From: Kiritimatiellia bacterium
GTDB taxonomy: Bacteria > Verrucomicrobiota > Kiritimatiellia > B70-G9
DNA: 41,287 bases
Direction of reading: 5' to 3'
NCBI GenBank assembly: GCA_029934055.1
Contig: JAOZMZ010000008.1
Span: 1 to 41,287 of the forward strand
In this document: piece by piece, positions 1 through 8,999 of the stretch
Position numbering within the stretch: the first letter of the stretch is position 1
Layout of the letters: every line of letters starts with the position of its first letter
Made by a program: the position numbers and the translations under genes
Notes under the pieces: generated by a model
Told to the model about the DNA's origin: nothing
Database searches by the model: none
What the model saw: the letters and a program-made list of their open reading frames with translations, nothing else

Positions 1-52
1 CACGCTGGGATCTGTGCGGGGGGTGCCGGGCAACCGGCATCCCTACCGCGAC
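1..52 (+). mobile_element. 3' end of a group II intron (3' half of domain V, domain VI, terminal ...GCGAC); the rest lies upstream of the window
   Basis: CACGCTGGGATC matches the AC bulge and 3' strand of DV. It is followed by the TGT linker and a DVI hairpin GCGG-GGGGTGCCGG-GCAA-CCGGCATCCC-T-A-CCGC with a bulged A at 45, 8 nt from the AC terminus at 52. This resembles bacterial IIB-type intron ends. Confidence 0.8.
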
Positions 53-71
53 AAGGATGCGAAGGTGTTTA

Positions 72-2657
72 TCAGCTCGAGGGCGGACGGGGTTGGATGC
101 TGAGACCGCGCAGGGTCATGGGCGCACCACGGTTGTAGACGAAGACGATGAAGAAAGGCAGGTTGGTTTTGTGAGTGTAGGAGGAGACAGCAGGGCGCCC
201 GGCAATAACGGTGGTCCAGCCGGTCTCGTCGGAATCGAAGCGGCGCACGTTGAATCGTCCCAGGACGGTGCCGCGTGAGGCGGGTGTGTCGAAGAGCAGT
301 CGGAGGGTATAGGTGCCGGGAGCGAGAGGGAGCTTGGGTCCGTAGAGGGTGATGGCGGCGGGATCGCGCCGTGGGCGCAGGAGTACGGCCCGATCAGTGG
401 GGCGGGTTTCTCCGGCGTGGAACAGGCAGGCGGCGGGGATAAAGATTTCTTTTCCGGGTTGCATGGCAAGGCCGTTCCAATCACCGGCGGCGAGGAGGAC
501 GCAATCGAGGTCGATGCGCCCGCGGGCGCCGAGGCGCAGGGCGATCCTGGAGAAGTCGCTGATGTTGCAGGGCGCCGGGTACCATTGCCAGGCGGCGGAG
601 TCGAGGGAAATTTCGGTGCGCGCGAGGAGGGAGGTGGGCTGGAGGGTGTCGGCCAGGAGGGAGCCGCGCCCGCGGGCGCGGATGAGCCAGCGGAGGTCGG
701 GAGCGGGCGGGGACCAGGTGGAGCGCAGGGTGACCGACTGGGAAGGTTGGTCGAGACGCACGAAAGCGGCGGGGGAGGAGGGGTTGCCGGGGGCGAGGAT
801 GGCGGGGGAAGCGTGAAGATGTCCCTTTTCGGCCTCCCAGCGGCGCGAGGGGCAGATGAGCGGGCAGGGGGTGGTGGTGGATGTGGTGGTGGTGGAAGGC
901 CGCGGGAGGATTGTGAAGGCCCAGACGGGGCCGGCGTGGTGCAGGAGGCGCAGGCGCGGATTGTGCAGGAGACTGTCGAGTGTATAGGAGACGGCGAAGG
1001 GGCTCACCTTTTCGGGGAAGGCGTTTTCGTGGAGGATCACGGCGGTGACACCGCGGCGCAGGAGGTCGTCGAGAAGCGGAGGGGGGAGAACGCCGCTGTT
1101 GGCGGATACGAAGCGCAGAAAAACGTCGCGGTAATAGTGGCGGGTTATGATCGGGCAGTATCCGTTGACCATGCGGATGTCATAGAGGGAGGAATAGTAC
1201 TGGTAGAGTGAGGACCAGGCGGAATCGCCGGGCCAGAGGGGGATGGCGAGGGCGTGGGGCCGGGATCCTGTAGCGCGGGCCTCCGCGGCGACGGCGGCGT
1301 AGGCGTCCTGGCGGGAATCGAGCAGACAGATGGTGGGGCTGACCTGGCAGCGGTATTCGAGAAGGACGGCGGCGACGAGGAGGGCGAGGAGGCTGCTGCG
1401 GAGCGGGCGGGGAGGGAAGGGTGGGAGGGGTGGAATGAGGGCGGCGAGGGCGATTGCGAGGGCGGGGGCGAGGAAAAAGGGAGTCAGGCAGAATACCTTG
1501 CCGGGTTGGCGGATAAGTTTGAGACCGGGCAGGAAATGACGCGCGGTGGAGAATATGCGGCCGTGAAAGGGTCCGCGCGGACCGAGGGCGAGGGCCACGA
1601 CGGCGGTGACGGCGAGGGCGAAGATGAGCAGGAGGGTCAGGTCGTGACGGGCGGAGACGTCGGGTGCGAGTCGTTCGCGGGTGCGCCGGTGGAGGCGCAG
1701 AGCGCCGGCGCAGATGATGGCGGGGACGAGGAAGCCGAGATATATCTGGTTGGAGAGTCCGCGGAGGGAGCGCCACGCGAAGAGTCCGATGGGGCGCGGG
1801 GAATAGAGGGCGATTTCGCGGTAACTGCGCGAGCCGGCGTGGTGGGCGAGGAGGCTGATCTTGCGGGCGACGGCGAGGGAGTAGAGTCCGGCGGCGGCAA
1901 CGGCGGCGATGGCCGGCAGGAGGGCGAAGGTCACCGCCGGCAGGGAGCGCAGGCGCTGGGAGAGTGGGCCGGGCCGGATTGAAAAGGACGCCAGGCACCA
2001 CCATGGTGCCAGCAGGACCATGTAGAGGAAGGCATGGGCATCGGCGCAACGGGCGAAGATCACGGCGATCCCGGCCAGCAATCCCCCGGTGGGACGCGCA
2101 TTGCGCACGGCGATATCGAGTCCGAGCAGGAAGAGCGGGATCCAGGGCAATGCGAATTCCATCGGGCTGCCGCCGAGGGCGGCGTGCCACCGGAAAGGCA
2201 TGATGACCCCGAGGAGTGCGGCGTAGAGTGCGAAGGGTTCCCTGCGGACGAAGCGGCGCACGAGTAACCAGGTGAAGAGATATCCCAGCCAGAGGGCGAG
2301 CAGGCCGGTGAGGTTGCGGGCGGCGGCGCGGCCGGTAAGGGGTTCGAGGGCGGCGTAGACGGTGGAGAAGGGCAGGTAGTAATGGTAGAGCCAGAAGGGC
2401 TCCGGCGTACCGGCGTTGAATTGCCAGGGATCCTCGAACGGGGGGACGCGTCCGGCGAAGGTGCGCGCGGCGAGATGGAAGTAGTAGAGCTGCTGGAGAT
2501 GGTCACCGGGGATCATGGACCGGAGGTGATGCTTTTCGACGTTGCGGGCCCCGGAGGGAATTCCTTCGCCGAAATGCAGTGCCAGCGGCCAGGTGAATAT
2601 GAGCCATACAGCGGCGGCTACGAGGGCGCTGGTCGCCAGAAGGGTACGCGTTTTCAT
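72..2657 (-). CDS. Polytopic membrane protein, GT-C/YfhO-like glycosyltransferase with large C-terminal extracytoplasmic beta-rich (CBM-like) domains
   Basis: 861-aa ORF with about 12 hydrophobic segments in the N-terminal half and a PGDH acidic loop after TM1. It then has an MVNGY-type motif and VILH, a Thr-rich linker, and soluble domains with PGTYTL. Confidence 0.7.
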   Translation of the reverse strand: MKTRTLLATSALVAAAVWLIFTWPLALHFGEGIPSGARNVEKHHLRSMIPGDHLQQLYYFHLAARTFAGRVPPFEDPWQFNAGTPEPFWLYHYYLPFSTVYAALEPLTGRAAARNLTGLLALWLGYLFTWLLVRRFVRREPFALYAALLGVIMPFRWHAALGGSPMEFALPWIPLFLLGLDIAVRNARPTGGLLAGIAVIFARCADAHAFLYMVLLAPWWCLASFSIRPGPLSQRLRSLPAVTFALLPAIAAVAAAGLYSLAVARKISLLAHHAGSRSYREIALYSPRPIGLFAWRSLRGLSNQIYLGFLVPAIICAGALRLHRRTRERLAPDVSARHDLTLLLIFALAVTAVVALALGPRGPFHGRIFSTARHFLPGLKLIRQPGKVFCLTPFFLAPALAIALAALIPPLPPFPPRPLRSSLLALLVAAVLLEYRCQVSPTICLLDSRQDAYAAVAAEARATGSRPHALAIPLWPGDSAWSSLYQYYSSLYDIRMVNGYCPIITRHYYRDVFLRFVSANSGVLPPPLLDDLLRRGVTAVILHENAFPEKVSPFAVSYTLDSLLHNPRLRLLHHAGPVWAFTILPRPSTTTTSTTTPCPLICPSRRWEAEKGHLHASPAILAPGNPSSPAAFVRLDQPSQSVTLRSTWSPPAPDLRWLIRARGRGSLLADTLQPTSLLARTEISLDSAAWQWYPAPCNISDFSRIALRLGARGRIDLDCVLLAAGDWNGLAMQPGKEIFIPAACLFHAGETRPTDRAVLLRPRRDPAAITLYGPKLPLAPGTYTLRLLFDTPASRGTVLGRFNVRRFDSDETGWTTVIAGRPAVSSYTHKTNLPFFIVFVYNRGAPMTLRGLSIQPRPPSS

Positions 2658-2668
2658 CTTCGGGGTGC

Positions 2669-2697
2669 ATTCTGCCAGAGGAGGGGCCTACTGCCAA
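2669..2697 (-). promoter_or_regulatory. Putative sigma70 promoter for the GT-C gene (TTGGCA-17-CAGAAT)
   Basis: Hexamers with 17-bp spacing; the -10 element ends 11 nt before the ATG at 2657. Confidence 0.4.
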
Positions 2698-2713
2698 GAG
2701 TGCGGGTTAGCTC

Positions 2714-2742
2714 TTTACTGGCGGAAGGCGGGCGGCCAGAAT
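2714..2742 (+). promoter_or_regulatory. Putative sigma70 promoter (TTTACT-17-CAGAAT), divergent from the previous one
   Basis: Hexamers with 17-bp spacing upstream of the GGAGG RBS of the 2765 ORF. Confidence 0.4.
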
Positions 2743-2764
2743 AGCGGCGGAGTTTGACGGAGGC

Positions 2765-3217
2765 GTGATGAGGATCTGGATCGAGGGTGAGGAGCGCGAC
2801 GGGCTCGGCGCGGAGATCGCTGCGGGGGCGCGGCGCCTGCGGGAGGGCGGGAGCGCGCCGCGGTTCCTGGCGCCGCAACACAGTGCCCTGCTGCTGCGGG
2901 AAGCCGTCTCGGAAGAGGAATACGACCGGACGTACTCGCGCCTGCTGCAAATGCGCTGCGGTGTGGACACCGGGGATTTCAACGTCCCGCGGCGCAAGGG
3001 GCCGGCCGGGATGCTGGCCGGATGGGTACGGGCGCTGTTGTGGAGGGTGCTGCGCTACCAGCATGAACGCATGGCGTTGCAGCAGAACACGATCAATGAA
3101 CTGATCGCCGCGGCGGTGGAATTCGAACGGCAGAGACGCCGACGGGAGACAGGGGAACTGCGGCGGAGGATCGAGCAATTGGAGAAGGCGGCCGGGAGCG
3201 GCGGAGGGACGGGCTGA
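2765..3217 (+). CDS. Hypothetical protein with amphipathic helix and C-terminal coiled coil (glycan-cluster associated)
   Basis: GGAGG RBS before GTG/ATG (2765/2768). Sequence GWVRALLWRVLRYQ..QQNTINELI followed by a coiled coil. Ends 4 nt before the GT4 gene. Confidence 0.75.
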   Translation: MMRIWIEGEERDGLGAEIAAGARRLREGGSAPRFLAPQHSALLLREAVSEEEYDRTYSRLLQMRCGVDTGDFNVPRRKGPAGMLAGWVRALLWRVLRYQHERMALQQNTINELIAAAVEFERQRRRRETGELRRRIEQLEKAAGSGGGTG

Positions 3218-3221
3218 TTTC

Positions 3222-4301
3222 GTGAGGCGCGTTGACCAGATTCTGGCCGGGTACGCAGAGGGGGATGCGGTTTCGGGTATTGCGGTGGTGATCCGGGACG
3301 TTCTTCGTCGAATGGGATCGTCGTCGGAGATTTTCAGTGACCCGGAACGGACCGCCGCCGACCGCGTGGCGGCGGGTGACTGGCGGCCGCTGGGGGAATA
3401 CGACGGAGGGCGGGACGACGTCCTCATTTATCATTATTCGAGCGAGAGTCCGGCGACGGACGTATTTCTGGGTACGCGCGCGCGGCGGATTCTCGTCTAC
3501 CACAATATCACCCCGGCGGAATGGTACCGCGGTTACGATGATCGGATTGCGGGGGAACTCGCGGAGGCGCGTTCCCGCCTGCCGGCAGCGGCGGGGGCGG
3601 CGGATGCGGTGTGGGCGGTTTCCGATTACAATGCCGGGGAGTTGCGGCGGATGACGGGGGTGGGTGAGGTCAGGGTATGGCCGCCGCCGCTGGACACCGC
3701 GCGGCTGGACGTGGCGCCGGACGCGGCGGAGGTGGAGAAGTTGGCGGGGGGGCTGGTGAATTTCCTGTTTGTGGGAAGGCTGGTGCCCAACAAGTGCGTT
3801 GAGGATCTGATTCTGGCGTTCGCGTGGTACACGCGGGCGATCAATCCTCATGCGCGCCTGGTGCTGGCCGGTTCCGGGAAGGCTGTTCCGCGTTACACGG
3901 CCATGTTGCGCATGCTGGCCGGGGAACTGAAACTGGAGAACGTATGTTTCGAGCGTTTTGTTTCGCCGTCCGGGCTGGCGGCGTGTTACCGCAGGGCGCG
4001 GGTGTTCGTCACCGCCAGCCGGCACGAGGGATACTGTCTGCCCTTGCTGGAGGCGATGTATGCGGGAGTTCCGGTGATTGCACGGGCGGCGGGCGGAATG
4101 CCGGAGGCCGTAGGGTCTGCGGGCATCCTCGTGGACGATTTCGAGGCCGAGGAGCTGGCGGTGGTGATGGACAAGGCGGCGCGGGACGGGGACCTACGGC
4201 GGGCGCTGCTGGCATCCGGAAAGGCACGCATAGCGGCTGAGACGGGACGCGACCTGGAGAAAGAACTGGGTTCACTCCTGGCGCCTTTCGGGGTGGTTTG
4301 A
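3222..4301 (+). CDS. Glycosyltransferase family 4 (GT-B)
   Basis: GDAVS N-terminus, YHNITP, FVGRLVPNK, and EGYCLPLLEAM (EX7E motif). Confidence 0.92.
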   Translation: MRRVDQILAGYAEGDAVSGIAVVIRDVLRRMGSSSEIFSDPERTAADRVAAGDWRPLGEYDGGRDDVLIYHYSSESPATDVFLGTRARRILVYHNITPAEWYRGYDDRIAGELAEARSRLPAAAGAADAVWAVSDYNAGELRRMTGVGEVRVWPPPLDTARLDVAPDAAEVEKLAGGLVNFLFVGRLVPNKCVEDLILAFAWYTRAINPHARLVLAGSGKAVPRYTAMLRMLAGELKLENVCFERFVSPSGLAACYRRARVFVTASRHEGYCLPLLEAMYAGVPVIARAAGGMPEAVGSAGILVDDFEAEELAVVMDKAARDGDLRRALLASGKARIAAETGRDLEKELGSLLAPFGVV

Positions 4302-4312
4302 GGGCCGGGCGG

Positions 4313-5446
4313 TTATTCCGGCGGGGAAGACGGATCGCTGATGAGTGTGCCGTTTCTGATCAGCTCCAGGGAGGGGTTTTGTGGGAATGAGAGGACGAGG
4401 CTCTGGACAGTGAGCTTGCCGCCGGGGGGATAGACTTCGTCCTGATGGACGATACATTCCCGGTTGGTGAAGCCGGCAGGACCCACTGTTCCTCCAAGAT
4501 GGTCGCTGCGCCCGCATGCCCAGTGAAAGCCGGTTTTTTCATCCTCGATGATGTTGCCGCTGACGACGGCCTTTTCGTTGCAGCCGAGGCCGAGCTCGGC
4601 GATGTTGCGGCGGGCCGGATCGCATGCGAAGAAGCGCTGAAGTTCCCGGGCCGGCGCGCCGTCGCCGTGGACGGCCCGGACGCGGTTGGCGCTGACTTCG
4701 AGACGGAGAATGCGTCCTTCGCGGAGGACGGGGAGGATGCCGGCGGTACGACTGGGATCGGAGGGCCTTTCGCCCTCGTAGGGCGCGATGTAGGCTTCGC
4801 CGCCGGGAAGATTGATGAGGGGAAAATCGGTGTCGGGTGTGCAGCGGCCGCCGTCGGCGTGTCCGCGGCGGTGACGCAGGTCGAAAACGAAGACGTCGCC
4901 GGTCGAGAAGACCGCGCGGGCGGATTCGGCATCGTTCAAAAGGCGGGCCAGGCGGTCGGCAACGCGGGCGATACGGCGGTAATCGGCGGCCAGGGCGGTA
5001 TGTTGCATGGCGGGCGATACGCCCGGCATGCTGGCGATACGGCATCCGCCGGGACCGGGACGGACGAAGGCACTGAGAGGGGCGGTGGCGGAAAACTCCG
5101 TCATGGCGAGAACGATGTTGAACGCGGCCACCGTTTCGGCGATGGAGCGTTCTTCTTTGCCGTCGAGGAGTCCGGTGGCGGGCAGGGGGGCGTTATGGGC
5201 GCCGGTCGCCGGGAATAGGAGAATAGGGGGCGGGGGCAGCCCGCAGCCGGGGAAGGCGTTCCGCCATTCCCGGGCCATACGGCGGCGGCTGCGCCAGGCG
5301 GGGTTATCGGGGACACCGTCGCGGGGAACGTCCACCATGATGAGTGCGGATTCACCGGGACGGGGATCGAAGACTTCGCGCAGGAGACGCGGGAGGTTGA
5401 AGTCCGAGGGCGGTGAAGCTTGTCCTGAGGGTGAGTTTTTTTCCAT
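4313..5446 (-). CDS. Aminopeptidase, M29 (thermophilic metalloprotease/AmpS-like) family
   Basis: [37 protein letters not shown] and VHQD motifs. Start moved to ATG 5446 with a GAGGAG RBS. Confidence 0.8.
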   Translation of the reverse strand: MEKNSPSGQASPPSDFNLPRLLREVFDPRPGESALIMVDVPRDGVPDNPAWRSRRRMAREWRNAFPGCGLPPPPILLFPATGAHNAPLPATGLLDGKEERSIAETVAAFNIVLAMTEFSATAPLSAFVRPGPGGCRIASMPGVSPAMQHTALAADYRRIARVADRLARLLNDAESARAVFSTGDVFVFDLRHRRGHADGGRCTPDTDFPLINLPGGEAYIAPYEGERPSDPSRTAGILPVLREGRILRLEVSANRVRAVHGDGAPARELQRFFACDPARRNIAELGLGCNEKAVVSGNIIEDEKTGFHWACGRSDHLGGTVGPAGFTNRECIVHQDEVYPPGGKLTVQSLVLSFPQNPSLELIRNGTLISDPSSPPE

Positions 5447-5457
5447 GGACGCTCTCC

Positions 5458-6102
5458 TCAAGCATAGTCGCGCGAGGGGCAATCCTCGCGCACGGGGCAT
5501 TTCCGGCAGGCCGGTTTGCGGGCCGTACAGCAGTAGCGGCCGTGAAAGACCATGGTGTGGGAGAAGGAACCCCAGGAGGTACGCGGGATGAGTGCCTTGA
5601 GATCCTCTTCGATTCGGGCCGGGTCGTTGTTGTCGGTCAGTTGCAGGCGACGGGCGACGCGGCGGCAGTGGGTATCGACCACGAGTCCCGGCTTATGGAA
5701 GGCGACGGCCATCATCAGGTTGGCGGTTTTGCGTCCGATGCCGGGAAGCGAGACGAGTGTCTCGAAATCGTCGGGCACGCGTCCGCCGAAATCTTCCGCC
5801 AGACGACGGGTGAGAGCGATGATGTTGCGGGCCTTGTTGCGGAAGAACCCGGTGGAACGGATTTCATTTTCGAGCACGGCCTGCGGTACGCCGGCCCAAT
5901 CGGCGGCGCTGCGGTACTTGCGGAAGAGCTCCGGCGTGACACGGTTGACGCGTTCATCGGTGCACTGGGCGGAGAGGATGGCGGCGATGAGCAGTTCCAG
6001 GGGATTGTTGAAGTTCAGTTCGCAGCGGGCGTCGGGATATGCGCGGCGGAGCTTGCGGGCGATCCGCCGCGCCCGTTCCTTGAGTTGGGGCGAAATTTTC
6101 AT
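5458..6102 (-). CDS. nth: Endonuclease III
   Basis: [17 protein letters not shown], Hh[15 protein letters not shown], and the 4Fe-4S motif C-x6-C-x2-C-x5-C. Start moved to ATG 6102. Confidence 0.97.
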   Translation of the reverse strand: MKISPQLKERARRIARKLRRAYPDARCELNFNNPLELLIAAILSAQCTDERVNRVTPELFRKYRSAADWAGVPQAVLENEIRSTGFFRNKARNIIALTRRLAEDFGGRVPDDFETLVSLPGIGRKTANLMMAVAFHKPGLVVDTHCRRVARRLQLTDNNDPARIEEDLKALIPRTSWGSFSHTMVFHGRYCCTARKPACRKCPVREDCPSRDYA

Positions 6103-6137
6103 TCCGTCACCTTGCGGCCGTACGCCGCTGGGTCCGG

Positions 6138-8363
6138 TCAGCGCCGTCGCCGCCGACCGCCACGGCGGTCGGAACCCCGCCGAGATTCGCGGCGGGAGTC
6201 GCGTTGGGGCTGGGCATGCTGTGCGGCACCGGCGGGCGGCTGTTCCTCGCCGGGCTCTTCGAGGCCCTGTTCGCGACGGTCGTCCAGGGCGGCGCGGCGG
6301 CTGAGGCGCACGCGACCCTGGTCGTCGATGCTGATACACTTGACCCACATCGGGTCGCCGATCTTGCAGATATCCTCCACGCGGCCGACGCGGAAATTGG
6401 CCAATTCGCTGACGTGGACGAGTCCTTCCTTGCCGGGAAAGATTTCCACGAAGCAGCCGAAGTCCTTGATGGAGGTGACCTTGCCGCGGTAGATCTTGCC
6501 GATTTCCGCCTCGGCGGTGACGGCCTCGATTTCGCGGATGGCGGCATCCATGGCGGGTTTATCGGCACTGTAGACATTCACGGTGCCGTCTTCCTCGACG
6601 TCTATCTGCACACCGGTGGTTTCGGTGATGCGGCGGATGGTCTTGCCGCCGGGTCCGATGAGGGCGCCGATTTTTTCGCGGTCGATCTTGATGCGTTCCA
6701 CGCGCGGTGCGTAGGGGGAGATATCGCCGCGTGGGGCGGCCATGACGCCGTCCATGAAGTCGAGTATATGCATGCGTGCGGTGTGCGACTTGGCGACGGC
6801 CTGCTCGAGGATTTCCCAATCAAGACCGGGGATCTTGAGGTCGAGCTGGAATCCGGTGACGCCCTGGCGGGTGCCGGCGAGTTTGAAATCCATGTCGCCG
6901 CAATGGTCTTCGTCGCCGAGGATATCCACGAGCACGGCGGCACGATCCTTTCCGGTGATGAGGCCGATCGAGATTCCGGCGACGTTGCGTGTGGTCGGTA
7001 CGCCGGCGTCCATGAGGGCGAGTGAACCGGCGCAGACGCTGGCCATGGAGGTCGACCCGTTGGACTCCATGATTTCCGATACCACGCGCACGGTGTAGAC
7101 GTAGTCGGGCGGCATGACGGGAACCAGGGAGCGTTCCGCGAGTGAGCCGTGACCTATTTCGCGCCGGCCGGGTGACCCGATCCGGCGGACTTCGCCGACG
7201 CTGTAAGGCGGGAAGTTGTAGTGGAGCATGAAACGTTTTTCATCCGGTCCGCCGGCGAGGGCATCCATGGCCTGGGCATCGGAGATGGTGCCGAGCGTAA
7301 TCGTGGCCAAGGCCTGGGTTTCTCCACGGGAGAAGAGGGCGGAGCCGTGGGTGCGCGGCAGGATGCCGACCGCGGCGTCGAGCGGACGGACTTCATCGAA
7401 GCCGCGACCGTCAATGCGGCGGGTTTCCTCGAGAACCATGCGGCGGACGAGTTCTTTTTCAAGGTCATGGAAAGCGTTCTTGAAGTCTTCCTCGGACAGT
7501 TCGGGGTTTTCTTCCCTGAGGGAGGCCAGGATTTCATCATAGAGTTGGTCGAGGGTGCGGCTGCGATCCCGTTTGGCGGATATGGTGAGCGCCGTGTGCA
7601 TGCGGTCGGCGGCCAGTCCGCGCAGGCGTTCGAGAAGGGAGTCGTCCTTTTCGGGTATGGAAATTTCCTTGTCGGGAAGGCCGCACATGCGGCGCAGCTC
7701 GAGCTGGGCCTCGACCAGTCGGGTGACGAACGGCTGGGCGAAACGCATGGCTGCGGGAATGACCTCATCGGGCACTTCGCGGGCGCTGCCTTCGATCATC
7801 ATGGGCAGATCGCGGGTACCGACGTAGAGCAGGTCGAGATCGCTGTTGTCGAGTTCGGCGTGGGTGGGATTGACGATGAATTCGCCGTCAACGCGTCCGA
7901 TACGGACGGCGGCGATGGGGCCGAGGAAGGGGATATCCGAGAGGGTCAGGGAGGCGCTGGCGGCGGTGATGCTGAGGATATCGGCGTCGAAGTCGCCGTC
8001 GGCGCACAGAAGTGTATTCATGATCTGGACGTCGTTGCGGTAGTCCTCGGGGAAGAGGGGGCGGATTGGGCGGTCGGTGGCGCGGGCGGTGACGATTTCC
8101 TTTTCCGTGGGGCGCGCCTCGCGTTTGAAATAGCCTCCGGGGAAACGTCCGGCGGCGTAGAATTTTTCGCGATATTCCACCTGAAGGGGGAAGAAATCTA
8201 TGCCTTCGCGCACGCTCTTGGATGCGGTTGCGGCCGAAAAGACGATGGTATCGCCGATTCTGGCGGTGACGGAGCCGCCCGCCTGGCGGGCGAGCAGGCC
8301 GGTTTCGAGACGGATCTTACGGCCGCCGATTTCGGGTTCGACTGCGATGATGTTCTTGTTCAT
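6138..8363 (-). CDS. pnp: Polyribonucleotide nucleotidyltransferase (PNPase)
   Basis: Two RNase PH domains ([33 protein letters not shown]), plus KH (IGPGGK) and S1 domains. Confidence 0.99.
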   Translation of the reverse strand: MNKNIIAVEPEIGGRKIRLETGLLARQAGGSVTARIGDTIVFSAATASKSVREGIDFFPLQVEYREKFYAAGRFPGGYFKREARPTEKEIVTARATDRPIRPLFPEDYRNDVQIMNTLLCADGDFDADILSITAASASLTLSDIPFLGPIAAVRIGRVDGEFIVNPTHAELDNSDLDLLYVGTRDLPMMIEGSAREVPDEVIPAAMRFAQPFVTRLVEAQLELRRMCGLPDKEISIPEKDDSLLERLRGLAADRMHTALTISAKRDRSRTLDQLYDEILASLREENPELSEEDFKNAFHDLEKELVRRMVLEETRRIDGRGFDEVRPLDAAVGILPRTHGSALFSRGETQALATITLGTISDAQAMDALAGGPDEKRFMLHYNFPPYSVGEVRRIGSPGRREIGHGSLAERSLVPVMPPDYVYTVRVVSEIMESNGSTSMASVCAGSLALMDAGVPTTRNVAGISIGLITGKDRAAVLVDILGDEDHCGDMDFKLAGTRQGVTGFQLDLKIPGLDWEILEQAVAKSHTARMHILDFMDGVMAAPRGDISPYAPRVERIKIDREKIGALIGPGGKTIRRITETTGVQIDVEEDGTVNVYSADKPAMDAAIREIEAVTAEAEIGKIYRGKVTSIKDFGCFVEIFPGKEGLVHVSELANFRVGRVEDICKIGDPMWVKCISIDDQGRVRLSRRAALDDRREQGLEEPGEEQPPAGAAQHAQPQRDSRRESRRGSDRRGGRRRRR

Positions 8364-8484
8364 GCTGTTTTTTCTCCCTGTATCTGAATCACTTGATCCT
8401 GGATTCGGGCCGGGGGTTCCGGGGGTACGCGGTTTGCGCGGGGGGATGAAGAACGCAGGGTTGATTCATCGCCTTCCGGCAGAA

Positions 8485-8505
8485 TCCATTTCGTGACGAA
8501 ATGGA
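8485..8505 (-). terminator. Stem-loop just downstream of rpsO; weak intrinsic terminator or processing hairpin
   Basis: Perfect 10-bp inverted repeat TCCATTTCGT-G-ACGAAATGGA, 16 nt after the rpsO stop. Only a short U tail on the minus strand. Confidence 0.5.
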
Positions 8506-8521
8506 ACGCGAGATCCCCGAA

Positions 8522-8785
8522 TTACCGGCGAAGACCGAGTCGGCCGATGAGTTCCCTGTAGCGCGCGGTATCCTTGCGGTTCAGGTAATTCAAGAGACGA
8601 CGCCGCTTGCTGACGAGCATAATGAGACCGCGGCGCGAGCTGTTGTCTTTCTTGTGTCGCTGGAGGTGCTCGGTGAGTTCGCGAATTCGTCGCGTCAACA
8701 AAGCCACCTGCACGTCCACCGAACCGGTATCGCGCTCGTGCCGCTGAAACTCGTGGCGCAGGGCCTCTTTGGTCTCCGCATCCAT
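8522..8785 (-). CDS. rpsO: 30S ribosomal protein S15
   Basis: [24 protein letters not shown] and LGLRR motifs; upstream of pnp as usual. Confidence 0.99.
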   Translation of the reverse strand: MDAETKEALRHEFQRHERDTGSVDVQVALLTRRIRELTEHLQRHKKDNSSRRGLIMLVSKRRRLLNYLNRKDTARYRELIGRLGLRR

Positions 8786-8844
8786 GGTCTGATTCAGACG
8801 CTTCTCCTCTACTTCTTTCTGCTTTCTGTTTGTGTCGAGGCCGG

Positions 8845-8873
8845 ACTATAAAGGTGGCGGTGAGCTTTGTAAA
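8845..8873 (-). promoter_or_regulatory. sigma70 promoter of rpsO-pnp (TTTACA-17-TATAGT) with an upstream A-tract
   Basis: Near-consensus hexamers with a 17-bp spacer. An A8 tract at 8889-8896 (minus strand) lies in the UP-element position. Confidence 0.7.
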
Positions 8874-8931
8874 GAGCATCTTGCGTGCTTTTTTTTCGGC
8901 CCCGTAGGGGCCGGCACCGGCGGGAACTGGC

Positions 8932-8960
8932 TTTCATTTTGCGGGCGGGCGGGTTAGATT
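8932..8960 (+). promoter_or_regulatory. Putative promoter for the OB-fold/TctA/YdjM operon (TTTCAT-17-TAGATT)
   Basis: Hexamers with 17-bp spacing about 40 nt before the ATG at 9000. Confidence 0.4.
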
Positions 8961-8999
8961 GGCAATGAACGAGTGCGGCGCTTGTGAGGGTCCGTAAGC

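Noticed and set aside
18-46. Hairpin read as a terminator or GTAG-type REP element
   Set aside because: No U tract and no second copy seen in the window; the flanking sequence fits group II intron DV/DVI much better.
871-894. (GTG)n-like repeat
   Set aside because: Encodes the STTTTSTTT interdomain linker of the GT-C protein; not an independent repeat or phase-variation tract.
8889-8913. T8 followed by GC hairpin CGGCCCC-GTA-GGGGCCG as an intrinsic terminator
   Set aside because: The T run is on the wrong side for either strand and the site lies between divergent promoters; the tract is better explained as an UP-like element.
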